A stretch of DNA of 64,000 nucleotides from the NCBI RefSeq assembly GCF_004010195.1, contig NC_057753.1:3379514-3443513 (forward strand), given 5' to 3'. Shown piece after piece: positions 1-11,859 of this stretch (position 1 is its first letter; each line of letters opens with the position of its first letter). This stretch comes from Chiloscyllium plagiosum (taxonomy: Eukaryota). Under the pieces are notes generated by a model. That model saw only the letters and a program-made list of their open reading frames with translations, ran no database searches and was not told the DNA's origin. A program made the position numbers and the translations under genes.

Positions 1-275
1 CCCATCCTCTGCAGTTTCCTGCCCTATCTGACGCACCGTAAAACTTGCCTAATGGCATCATAGTTGCATTTAGCCCAGCAATAACCATTGCCCTACGTTA
101 CATACCCTCCCTTTCCATTGCAAAAGTAAACAGGACAGAATTGTTGTCAGTATCAACAAAGTGCTCACCTACCTCCAAAACTGACACCTAGCCAGGTTCA
201 TTACTCAGTACCAAATCCAATGTGGCCTCGCCCCTTATTCGTTTGGCTACATATTGTATCAGGAAACCATTCTGC
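1..275 (-). mobile_element. CR1 LINE fragment (endonuclease region), opposite in orientation to the adjacent CR1 body
   Basis: Minus strand reads like the CR1 endonuclease C-terminal part (CVQNGFLIQY...ATLDLVLSNEPG). Cut by the window edge. Confidence 0.75.
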
Positions 276-1980
276 ACACATTGGAACGTTGTGCCTGGAG
301 TCCGAGGAGATGGGGAAGCGATAAATGAATATTTTTCCTCAGTATTCACCCTGGAAATATATATTGCTGTCGAGGAGAATTCTGAGATACAGGCTACTAG
401 ACGAGACGTGATTGCGTTTCACAAACAGGAGGTATTCGCAATGCTGGCAAATATGATTATATTTAAGACGCCTGGGCTGGGTGTGAGTCATTCTAAAATT
501 CTCTGAGATGGCAGGGAGGAGATATAGAATCTTTAGCTGTGATCTTTATGTTATCATTATCGACACGAATAGCGCCAGAAGACTGGAGGATAGCAAGTGT
601 TGTCGCCTTGATCAAGAAGAGGAGTAAAGACAACCGTGGTAATTATAGACCAGTGAGACTTACTTTGATTGTGAGTAAAGTGTTGGAACGGGGTTAGAAG
701 AGATCGGATTTATATTCATCTACACAGGAGTACATTGATTAGGAATAGTCAGCACGGTTTTATGATGGTAGGCCGTGCCTCACAAATCCTACTGAGTTCT
801 TTGAGATGGTGACCAAACTGGTGGATGAGACTAAAGCGGTTGATGTAGTGTATGTGGATTTCAATAAGGCATTTGTTCAGTTTCTCCACGGTCGGCTATT
901 GCACAAAATACGAAGACATGACATTGAGGGTGATTTAACGGTTTGGATCAGACATTGGCTAGCTGAAAGAAACTGGTAATTGAAAGGAAATGTTCATCAT
1001 GGATTTCGGTTTTTAGTTTTAGACCGCAAAGACCTGTTTTGGGTCAACTGCCGTTTGTCGTTTTTATAAATGACCTAGATGAGGGTGTAGAAGGATGCGT
1101 CATAAATTTGAGGATTTCACTAAGGTCTGTGGAGTAGTGTATAGTGCTGAAGAACGTTGTAGTTTGCAGTGGGACTTAGATAAGTTGCAGAGCTGGTTTG
1201 AGAGGTGGCAAATGGAGTTTAACGTGGAAAAGTGTGAGGTGATTCACTTTGGAAGTAACAAAAATAATAAAAACAACTGAGCTAATGGGAAGATTCTTGG
1301 ACGTATGGATGAGCAGAGAGAACTCGGTTGTCCATGTACATAGATCCCTGAAATTTGCCACCCAGGTTGATAGGATTGTTGAGAAGCAGACGGTGTTTTA
1401 GCTTTTATTGGTGGAGGGATTGCGTTTCAGAACCATAAAGCCACGTTACAGCTGTGCAAATCTCTGGTGTGACCGCACTCGGAGTACTGTGTACAGTTCT
1501 GGTCGCTGCACGAGAGAAAGGATGTTGAAGCTCTGGAAAGGGTTCAGAGAAGATTTAGTAGGATGTTGCCTGAAAGAGAGGGAGGTCTTATGATGAAACG
1601 CTGAGGGGCTTGAGGCTATTTTCATTAGAGAGAAGAAGGTTGAGAGGTGACTTAATTGAGACATGGAAGATAATCAGAGGTTAGATCGGTTGATCAGTGG
1701 TCATGGCTAGCACGACATGTCACAGCTTTAAATTGAGGGGCAATAAAGGGAGGACATATGTCAGATGTAGTTTATTTACTCAGAGAACTGGGGGAATAAA
1801 ACACACTGCTGTAATAGTCATAGACTGGCCAACCTTAACTGCTTTTAAATGGTCATTGGATAAACAGACACCGGAAAAGGAATAGTGTAGATAGGCTTCG
1901 GAATGGTTCCACAGGTTGGCGCAACATCGAGGGCCGAAAGCCCTGCACTGATCTGTGATGTTCTATGTTCCATGTTCTAT
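276..1980 (+). mobile_element. Decayed CR1 LINE, RT region and 3' tail
   Basis: ORF remnants such as LQWDLDKLQSWFERWQMEFNVEKCEVIHFG. Ends in (ttctatg)-type tandem repeats at about 1961-1980. Many stops and frameshifts. Confidence 0.9.
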
Positions 1981-2153
1981 TCCCTGCATCCCTGGATTAA
2001 CCAGCTGTCGCCTCCCCCAATGACACTACCTCCGCAAGTTATTCATGTGTGAGTACATCATTATCGTTGAGGAGTTCTTGAGGTTTGGAATATTGAAGTT
2101 GTTTTTTAAAAAAGTAATTCACGAGATGAGGGTGTCACTGGCTAGCGCACCAT

Positions 2154-3238
2154 TCAATAGACAATAGACAATAGACAATAGGTGCAGGAGTAGGCCATTC
2201 TGCCCTTCGAGCCTGCACCACCATTCAATATGATCATGGCTGATAATCCTTAATCAGTATCCTGTTCCTGCCTTACCTCCATAACCCTTGATTCGACAAT
2301 CCTTGAGAGATCTACCCAACTCTTTCTTAAATGAATCCAGAGACTGGGCCTCCACTGCCCTCTGGGGAAGAGCATTCCACACACCCACCACTCTCTGGGT
2401 GGAGAAGTTTCTCCTCATCTCAGTCCTAAATGGTCTACCCCGTACTTTTAAGCTGTGTCGTCTGGTTCGGCACTCACCCATCAGCGGAAACATGTTTCCT
2501 GCCTCCAGAGTGTCCAATCCTTTAATAATCTTACATGTCTTATTCAGATCCCCTCTCAGTCTTCTAAACCCAAGGGTATACAAGCCCAGTCGCTCTAGTC
2601 TTTCAGTGTAAGGTAATCCCGCCATTCCAGGAATTGACCTCATGAATCAACGCTGCACTCCCTCAATAGCCAGAATGTCTTTCCTCAAATTTGGAGACCA
2701 GAACTGCACACAGTACTCCAGGTGTGGTCTCACCAGGGCCCTGTACAGCTGCAGAAGAACCTCTTTGCTTCTATACTCAATCATTCTTGTTATGAAGGCC
2801 AGCATGCTATTAGCCTTCTTCACTACCTGCTGTACCTGCATGCTTACCTTCATTGACTGGTGTACAAGAACACCCAGATCTCTCTGTACTGCCCCTTTAC
2901 CTAAATTGATTCCATTTAGGTAGTAATCTGCCTTCTTGTTCTTGCCACCAAAGTGGATAACCATACATTTATCCACATTAAACTGCATCTGCCATGCATC
3001 TGACCACTCACCTAACTTGTCCAGGTTACCCTGTAATCTCCTAACGTCCTCATCACATTTCACCCTGCCACCCAGCTTAGGATCATCAGCAAATTTGCTA
3101 ATGTTATTGCAAATACCATCTTCTATATCATTAACGTATATTGTAAAAAGCTGCCGTCCCAGCACTGATCCCTGCGGTACCCCACTGGTCACTGCCTGCC
3201 ATTCCGAAATGGAGCCGTTTATCACTACACTTTGTTTC
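2154..3238 (-). mobile_element. Relatively young, 5'-truncated CR1 LINE (RT C-terminal half and 3' UTR)
   Basis: ORF 2647-3225 has VTSGVPQGSVLG, KFADD and LVRPHLEYCVQFWSP. ORF 2254-2643 continues in the same frame after one stop. 3' terminus is (tctattg)n, seen as caatagacaatagac on plus. Confidence 0.95.
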
Positions 3239-3339
3239 AGTACTCACCAAAATGTCACAGCAGTCATTGAAGAGCCACATGTCGGCCAGACCAGTTGAGT
3301 AGTGTTTTTTCTTTTTCCCGAACAAGACAGAGTTTTTCT

Positions 3340-3520
3340 TTGGACAATCGACAATGGATTCATTGTCGTCAGACTCTTAATTCCAAAGAAAATGTTGAAT
3401 TCAAATTACACTACTGCCTTAGATTTTGAACATTATTACGAACCCAGGTCCCCAGAGCATTACGTGGGTCTCTGGATTAATAAGCTAGTGGCAATACCAT
3501 TAGGCAATCGCCTTCCCTTA
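3340..3520 (-). mobile_element. tRNA-derived SINE 5' part; its probable 3' end is at about 2115-2153, split off by the CR1 insertion
   Basis: Reverse-complement tRNA-like head (cgaacccaggtccccagagcattacgtgggtctctggatt). A paralogous copy lies at about 47655-47835. Confidence 0.55.
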
Positions 3521-4805
3521 TGACACTAATTTGGTAAATGGAAGGTGTGAATGAAGTCGTATCCAAATAGGGAAGCCACGCAGACCCTAGTCCTTTCTGA
3601 CAGTATGATGTCTCGATGGGTTGGAGGACCATGTGAATTTATTCATGTCCATTCCACAAGTGAATGACCATGAATATGTGTGAATGCACAGCGGGTCACG
3701 CGTCTTCCTTTTCCTCTTCCCATGTGGAATCCACTGGGTCCTCCTTACATCATCTGTAATAATGGCAGGACAATGTGATATATCCTTCTACAGCGTCGAA
3801 CCTGAAGCGTTCTCTCATCAGTCGTGTCATTTCATGGCCCCACAGCCCTGCCACATGCTCCCACTCTGCAAGAATGCTCAAAACCCTGTTTCACAACTTT
3901 GTACAGTGACAATTTTATGATAGTGTTGATTAATGGCATATTTTCCTACGCTAAACTGATGATTCATTCTGATGGATGTTGGTTAAGCATTGAATTTAAA
4001 TCGAAATTCCAGTTAGCGGCCATTGCAAGTGAAATTAAATATAGAAGGTTGGAATATATCACTCGACGTTATTTAATGACAGGTTTCTAAGACAATTAAT
4101 TATCATTAACTGTGAAGTAGTATTTCAGGGCTGTTTTTGAGTATGGAATGCTAATTTTTACATCTATAAACGTCGTATTTTTTTCGATTCAATGATCAGC
4201 TTGTTGCACTGAGCACCACGGAGTATGACGTAATTACATTGACGTCACAATTATCAATTTCTCATTCCCGAGAGTTCGTTTTGTTCAAGTAACCTGTTGC
4301 GTTAATATTACAAATCAACCATCAATGTCCAGTTCCAATGAAGATTGCCTGATCATAGCGCTTAAATTTGTGACTCACTTTTGTACAACTTGTTTAAGTA
4401 AGTGCTGTCCACGCGAATGAATAGGTCAGATTGGAGGAGGTGGTTCTGAGAAAATACCAGTGGAGTGAAAGCTGCCGCTGTATTACGTAGTCAGCCAGCT
4501 TTAGCTTCGAAGGCCTACATATTCATGTGCACAGTGAGCGACAGTGACAAATGTAACTTTGCAGAAGGCAAAACAAAGACTGCAACTGAACTCAAAATCG
4601 TTCAAACTTGGTGGCGGTTAGGATTTCTTTTGGACATGAAGGTAGCAGAAGTAGACTTTCGGGCGAATTTGACAGCCCTGGAAGGAGAAACATGTGCAGC
4701 TGAGCAATCGTTTGTTGTTCCCTGGCTGCACATCCGAATGAGGATAAACAACTAGAAGCTTTCAGCTAATGTGCATGGAGTGAACAGTACATCTTTTTAA
4801 AAGTC

Positions 4806-5716
4806 TCAACACTTTAAAAGTTTAAGAAACAATCTCTGCGGATATTTTAACCCATTCTTTAACTCGTCTCTGAATTTATTCTGGGTTCCTGCATAAATAA
4901 ATGGATTTATACAGGAACTCAGAAACTGAAGCATATACCCGGTTTCCTCCAGGATGAAGGATGAATTGCTATAATCTGAAACGGAGTAATAAGTAACTTT
5001 TGCAATTCGGACATAGAGTACTGTTACAAAAAATACCGAATAAAGCAGAATAGAACTACCTGAAATGCCAAAAAGTAAGATAATAGATTTTTTCCGTTTC
5101 TCCACCTCTGGGTCACTTTGATTCTCTCCATTGCTCAGGGTGCGGAGTCTCTTGCGGGCTCGGTTGGCCGCTAAAATATGTCTGACAGTCAGTGCATTGA
5201 GCAGTAAAATCAGAACAAATGGGAGGCAGGGGACGAGAATGGATCGAATCAAATCGTATGCAGCCCAGGCCTGTGAGGTAGTAAATACTAATTTTGGAAC
5301 ACAGAACCATGGAACATCATTAATTATGTACAGTGGTTCAAATGTAAAATAGAAAAACGCATTTTTGAAGCAGCTCAGCGTGCAGACTCCCCCTATAACC
5401 CATTTCGCTGTTACTTCTGTACAGTATTTTAGTTTCAGCTTCTGGCAACAAATGGCTATAAATCGGTCAAAGGTGAAAGCGACCGTTAACCAGGCAGAAC
5501 AATCTATAACTGAAGAAATAAAGACAACGCGGAGACTGCATATCGGTGTGATGGATAAGAAGCTGAATGGGAAATAAATGCCAGCATTCCGGTTTATAAT
5601 CACATTAACTATAATGACCAAAAGATCTACTAGCGCCATGGATACCACGTAGTAAATGATGCATGCGGAGAGACCACATCTTCTTCGCTGTAAGATTACG
5701 ATCACTGCCAAATTTG
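4806..5716 (-). CDS. GPR139/GPR142-like class A GPCR, paralog 1, exon 2 (spliced protein 326 aa)
   Basis: Hydrophobic TM segments, DLL in TM2, WLTVAFTFDRFIAIC in TM3, TM3/ECL2 cysteines (TPIC, PWFC), NPFIY in TM7. Acceptor ttctctctgttacag|CA at 5717/5716 gives in-frame P-A-N-L-A-V with exon 1. Confidence 0.95.
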
Positions 5717-7163
5717 CTGTAACAGAGAGAATAAAGATGGAATAGTGAGAATTATGCCCGAGAGAGCGAGAGCAATGAAGTCGTTAGTTCAAATTTCAAC
5801 AAAATTCTACTTTCCACAGAATTGTTGGAAAAAAGTCAGACGTGTGTAGTTCGTATTTCCATTGGGAAATATGCTTCATACCACGTTCAAGAGTTTAGAT
5901 TAAGCTTGGAGCAATCATCTTAATTGAAAGCATGTTATGCCAGTAAGAAGAAATATTAATAATATATGTACTAACGGAAAGAAAATCATATTGAAAACAC
6001 AGTAAAACATGTCGGGAAAATGATTGGAAGAATGTTATGTATGCACTGAGTGAGGTAAATGATAAAACAGCAACTATGTGTGTCAAGTCTGTCCAGAGAA
6101 TTGATTGCATATTGCTTACTTTAAAAGACAATGTTCAAAAGGTATGAACTACTGTAAAGCAGTTCTCTGTTGAAACTACGTGCAGATAACATCAACAAAA
6201 TTATCTAGAGGCATTGGGAATGGGATGACATTAAGATTTTTTCAGCTTTGAACAGAAAGCATTGATTAAGATACAACAGTACTTCTCATTAATTTAGCGG
6301 GAAGCGTCAATGCTAACCGAAACCACTGGACCTTTGCAGATGCCGAGTTCTCATTCGGAGAACATCTCTTACAACATTGCAGCTCTCAATGCTGTAGTTT
6401 ACAGTAACGAGAAATGAGCAATTCTGTGCCAAGGTAGATATTATCTTTGTGATGCTCACTCACTGGAGCCTTCCCATTAGCACTATAAGACAGCACACAT
6501 ATTGAGTTGATAGTGGTAAATGTACAAATTCTATCATTACAGGTATCTCACGAAAATTGATATACAACACACGTTGTCACTTGTGGAACAGTATACTCTA
6601 TGTAAATACATTTCACGTAGCTATGGCGAGGAGCTGGAATACATTAGTTCATGGAGGCAATGTTAAAAACTGAATAGAATGTTGTGCTGGTTACGGGGAG
6701 AAAGTGTGAGAAGAGCACGGAATGAATTGTTTATCTGCAGACCGGATAGACACAAGGCTGATCAAATGCCCTCCTTCAGCACTGCGCTATTTCTGAAATT
6801 TCATGAAGAGAAGGTACAGGGCAGCTATTAAGAAAACGTACAAGTTATTGTGGAAACATATCATGAAGAAACTCAACTAAGAATGAAGATAAATTATATT
6901 CGCAAAAGTGAGAACACAGATGTTCAGTAATGACCATGCCAACAAGGAAATTAATTATTCCATTAACGCGGAGAATATTCTAAAGGGTAGATCTTAAAAA
7001 TGCGACCTTCGGACAGGAGAACCTACCTCTCAAAAGAAACGACAGCTCTTTAAACTGGGGATGAAATAACCGCAACGGGAAAATGGGCTGTTAGTGATAA
7101 ACAAAGAGGGGTGATTCAACAAATCTACGAATCGTGCAATAATAAATGAGTACAAATCTTTAC

Positions 7164-7233
7164 CTGGTATCCCGATAGCCGCAAGCAAATTATAGTAAAT
7201 GGAAAACAGCAGACCTTTTGGTGATATGTGCAT
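7164..7233 (-). CDS. GPCR paralog 1, coding exon 1 (MHISPKGLLFSIYYNLLAAIGIP+G)
   Basis: ATG at 7233, 70 nt, donor CCAG|gtaaag. Phase-1 intron 5717-7163 (1447 bp). Same exon length and phase in all three paralogs. Confidence 0.92.
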
Positions 7234-7283
7234 TTCTATCAGAAGATTTAAGCACATTCAGCGTTATGTCATATTTTTCCACA

Positions 7284-7318
7284 TTTATACATGAGTCAGG
7301 CTCAAGAGATTTAATTAG
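7284..7318 (-). promoter_or_regulatory. Proximal promoter of paralog 1: TATA box, O/E-like site and homeodomain site
   Basis: Minus strand CTAATTA-AA-TCTCTTGAG (7318-7301) and TATAAA (7289-7284), 51 nt upstream of the ATG. Position conserved in paralogs 2 and 3. Confidence 0.7.
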
Positions 7319-7499
7319 ATGGTTGAAACGTTTACAGTAATCAGCATGGTTGTAAAAAAGAACAGATAAATGCAGCTGCAGTTGGGCGTGTTTAGATGGA
7401 TTCAAACTCGAATTGGAAATGTCTAGGGGCTGCTAAATGCTTTAACAATGTTCCTTTTTCAGGTTAATGCCCTGGGTTTTCATCTATTCCATCTATTAA

Positions 7500-7710
7500 A
7501 GCCATCTACACTTCTTACTGTCTCAGAAAGACAGCCAACATCATCAAAGAACCCTCCCACCCCGATTAGAATCTCTTCCAACCTCTTCCATCAGGCAGAA
7601 GATACAAAAGCTTAGATACGCGTACCAAAGCTTTCAAGAATAGCTTATTTGCTGCTGTTATTAAATTTCTGAATGGTCTTCTCAAATTCAAAACCAAACG
7701 TTGATCATTG
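7500..7710 (+). mobile_element. Rex1/Babar-like LINE 3' fragment
   Basis: Encodes ANIIKEPSHP...LFQPLPSGRRYKSL...FKNS, typical of the Rex1-type ORF2 C-terminus. Confidence 0.65.
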
Positions 7711-8839
7711 ATTGTCCTTGTACCTTCGCATTGTACATCCCATAGTTTCCAGATCATATGACTTTGGTACTGATCCAGCAGTCTCCTCTGTTGTGCACTT
7801 TGATGCATCATTCATCAAGATCTTATTGGATGGAAGAGTAGGTTCCAAGGGTTGGATGGCCGACTCCAACTTCCAGTTGATATATTCATGTATATGCTCT
7901 TATGTAAAGGCCCTTACAAACTCTCAGGTGTCAGCACAGCGATGACATATTTTCAGAAGGTTTGAGAATGAAAGAAGTGAGCCTTTCATCTCTGTCTTGC
8001 AATGTAGCCCCAAACGAGTCTTTGTGAAACAGATGCTCTTGTTTAAGAAGCTAATCGAAGAGGGAGCAAAGGAACGGTTGATTGATTGATTTATTGTCAC
8101 GTGTAACTTGTTGAAAAATGCAGTGAAAAGTATTGCGCACTGTCGCTGCTCTCTGGCATGAACCCGAAAAACAGGAAAATGAACCATAACGTCGAATATA
8201 AAGGTAGAAATCGCAAGCAATACGAAAAGGTTGGAACAAAGGTCACCACTCGCCGTACCATTTCGCCTCCACTGACGTCATATTGGTTTCACACTTGATT
8301 GGTTCGGAGAAAGCAATGGAGAAGGAAAGCAGTGCGGAGAATTCAGGAGCACTTGGTTTCGGCGGCAAATCATGAGTAGAAACTCAGCTCTGTCCTTCTT
8401 TTGCAGTTCGAGAGCATTTTCCAGTCTCGGCCTCTATCTTGGTTCAGCATGAGTCACAGTGCACATGCAGCCGCCTTCCTAACCCAGATCAGACTGTCTA
8501 TCTTGCACATCAATGTACATGCTTTCTAATGAATTTCCGAGATTTTATGATCTGCCTCTGGAACAGGTGGGATTTGATCTCGGGTCAAATCTGCTTAGTA
8601 GGAAGGACACTACTACAAGCGCTTTACTGCACATGAAATACCCTGTGTGTTAATTGGACTGCACATGGAGTAAGCAAGTATGAGCAATTGAAGTGGAAAT
8701 GAACTCAGAGTAGGGCATTCTGCCGTACATTATGCATTATTAACTCAGTTAGCATGTTACTATTACAGAATGAATAAGACAGTGCATGGATCAGTGGGAA
8801 GCAATGTTTGCCATCGACAAGGAGAAAAAAATAATAGGT

Positions 8840-8884
8840 TTATATATATATATATATATATATATACACAAACAAACACACACC
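8840..8884. repeat. (TA)n microsatellite followed by a CA-rich tract
   Basis: tatatatatatatatatatatatatacacaaacaaacacacac. Confidence 0.95.
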
Positions 8885-9523
8885 CCGAGTGTTAATTTTT
8901 CCTGCTTTCCATTTTTTTTTCAAATTAACTCTGTGCTCAACAATAATCGGATGAGCTATGTAATAACGCAACGGGCAAAGGCATTTTCACGCATAACAAG
9001 TACGAAAATACAGAAATTGGAAACCAAGAGATAAGTAACATTTGCAATTCACACGTAATTTTAAAAATGCTGAATGAAATAACTTGAACCTGTCCGACAT
9101 AAGAAAGAGTCAAACAATGCAATATTTGCATTTCTTCAAAGCTGGATACCTTTAATTCTGAATTTTTCTGGGCCCAGAGTCTCGTACAGTCTTTATTGTG
9201 CATGAGAATATGACTGACCCTCAGAGCATTGAACAGCCAAATAAAAATAAATGACAGAGGATATGTTAACATTACGAGGATCCAGTTATATACAGCTCAT
9301 AATTGTGACTAATAATATATTGATTTCGTTTGACACAACAAGAGTATATTGTAATTCATAAAGAAGACTTGTCCAAAGTACGAGAGGATGTTTACAGCAC
9401 GATTCAATAAACAGGCAGTTTCTACTGTCACAGCTGTGGTTTTCTTGATATCATGCATCGTTTCTGGAAGCATATAGCTACTGAACAGTCAAAGGTGAAA
9501 ACAGTTACCACCAGAGAGAATAA

Positions 9524-11010
9524 TGGATGTAGGTTTGCTTGCTGAGCTGCAAGGTCCGTTTCCAGACGTTTCGTTACTCTACTAGCGAACATATTCAGTG
9601 GGCCTCAAACGAAGCAATGCTGAAACTTCCGGCTTTCCATTTGTATGTTTGGGTTTCACTGTGTTGTTGATGTAATTTCCTGTGGTGGTGTTATTTCATG
9701 AGGTGAAGTCACTTACTGTTCCTTTTCTCAGGGAGTGGTAGATGGGGTCTAATTCGATGTGCTTGTTGATAAAGTTCCAGTTGGAATGCCATGCTTATAG
9801 CAATTCTCGTGCATGTCTTTGTTTGGCATGTCCTAGGCTGGATATGTTGTCGCAGTCGAACCTCATCCGTATGTGAGGATACTAGTGAGAGTGGGTCACG
9901 TCTTTTTGTGGCTAGTTGATGTTCACATATCCTGGTGGCTAGTTTTCTGCATGCTTGTCCAATGTAGCGTTTGTTACAGTCATTCCACGGTATTTTGTAA
10001 GCGACATTAGTTTTGCTCGTTGTCTGTATAGCGTCTTTCAACTTCATTAGCTGCTCTTTTAGTATGTTGGTGGGTTTGTGGGCTACCATGATACCAAGGG
10101 TTCTGAGTAGTCTGGCAGTCAGTTTCGAGATGTCTTTGATGTAGGGGAGAGTGGCTAGGGTTTCTGGACGTGTTTTGTCTGCTTGTTTGTGTTTGCTGCT
10201 GAGAATTCAGGGGACTGTGTTCATTGGGTACCCATTCTTTTTGAATACACGGTATCGGTGATTTTTCTCTGCACTGCGTAGTTCCTCTGAGCTGCAGTGT
10301 GTATTGGCCCGTTGAAATAATGTTCTGATGCAGCTTCGTTTGTGGGTGCTGGGATGATAGCTTCTGTAGTTCAATATTTGGTCCGAATGTGTTGTTTTCC
10401 TGTAGATGCTGGTTTGAAGATCCCCGTTGGCTGTTCACGCTACTGTGAAATCTAGGAATGGTAGTTTGTTGTTGCTTTCCTCCTCTTTCGTGAATTTTAT
10501 GCCAGCAAGGGTATTATTGATGGTCTTGAAGGTTTCCTCTAAGTTGTTTCGTTTAGGATGGCAAAGGTGTCATCCACGTAGCATACACAAAGTTTGGGTT
10601 GGATGGTTGGCAGAACTGTTTGTTCAAGTCTCTGCATTACTGCCTCTGCTAAGAACCCTGATATCGGAGATCCCATGGGTGTTCCGTTTGTTTGTCTGTA
10701 GGTTTTGTTGTTGAAGTTGAAGTATGTGGTAAGGCATAGGTCCACTAGCTTGATGATACTGTCCTTGTTGATGAAGTTAGTGGTTTTTGGTGTATATATC
10801 TTTGGGTCTTCAAATATGTAGTCAGTGTTTCCTTGGCTAGTTTGATGTTGATTGATGTAAACAGGGATGTTACATCAAAGGAAACCACAATTTTATCCTC
10901 TTCTATCTTCGTGTCTTTGAAAGTCTTCAGGAATTCTTGGGTGGAGCGGAGTGAACCTTGCAGCTCAGCGAGCAAACCTACATCCGAAACCTAAACCTGA
11001 GCTTAGAACA
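9524..11010 (-). mobile_element. Penelope-like element (RT and GIY-YIG), decayed, with an inverted terminal segment
   Basis: SFDVTSLFT, GTPMGSPISG, YVDDTF and KRYIGQ..RKLATRI.EHQ motifs. 9526-9555 (gatgtaggtttgcttgctgagctgcaaggt) recurs as a reverse complement at about 10955-10985. Confidence 0.92.
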
Positions 11011-11209
11011 AAAAACAAACTACAGACTGAATTGAAGGAAAGAAAACTAAATGGAAGACAAACACACAGAATAAAGTTTACTATCACAGCTGCGAACATG
11101 CTGACGAGATCTGCCACCTCCATGGAGACTAAATAAATCGTCGCACATCTGGAGATGCCTTACATTCCCTGGGCCAGAATCATACGCACGGCAGAATTAG
11201 TTGCTTTAA

Positions 11210-11368
11210 GGGTAGATGGATTGGCCATGGGAAATGCAAGTCACAGGTATAGAGTGCTTGCCTGGGGGAGGGTCAGTGTGTGGATCTGGATGGAATGCTC
11301 ATTAGGTTTGATGGGGACTGTATGGGCCGCATGACCTGTTCCCATACTGTAGGAATGCTACAATTCTA
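11210..11368 (+). mobile_element. HE1-like SINE/LINE 3' tail fragment
   Basis: ggattggccatgggaaatgc...tgggccgcatgacctgttcccatactgtagg resembles the tail of the SINE at about 29010-29335. Confidence 0.6.
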
Positions 11369-11859
11369 GACAAATATATGAAGTTGGAGGAAAGATTACT
11401 GTAAGTTGTCACATTACTTACTAATTGCATTCAGCTTGTTCTGTTCAATATATAAAATCATTCTGATGCAGAAACGTATCTCTGAGAGTACAGCAGTTTA
11501 TCCAGTACTGTAAAGAACGGGCAGGAAATTTCAGGGTTTTGATACAGTTTGGTGATTTAGTTAGAGAAAATAAATTAATACTAGTCATATTCAACATGTA
11601 AAACCGAGTGGTCACATGAACATCCTGCGAATCTAAGGGACAGAGTTTGACACAAAGGTAGCAGATGATATTTCACGCACTTCAGTCAAAAAAGCTTCAC
11701 ATGGGGAGAACGATATCAGAAAAGGGCACTTGCATAAAGGGAAAGAAATTGTTTTGCATGGAATTCATGTGAGACGTAACTTGAGAAAATTATTTGATGC
11801 TGTTGGAAAATGGTGATGGCAACGAGTGAAACAAGTCATCTACATAATGTTTCCAGGTT

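Noticed and set aside
5131..5577. Antisense ORFs over the receptor exons (also 49323-49736 and 61154-61435)
   Set aside because: Their similarity follows from sense-strand conservation; starts and stops are not shared and one is interrupted.
4806..5711. ORF-track starts (TTG/GTG) implying single-exon receptors
   Set aside because: These ORFs begin in mid-TM1 right after a canonical splice acceptor; the real ATG is in the upstream 70-nt exon.
7030..7257. 75-aa and 70-aa (63077-63289) ORFs as independent small proteins
   Set aside because: They are exon 1 read through into the intron; similarity between paralogs ends at the GT donor.
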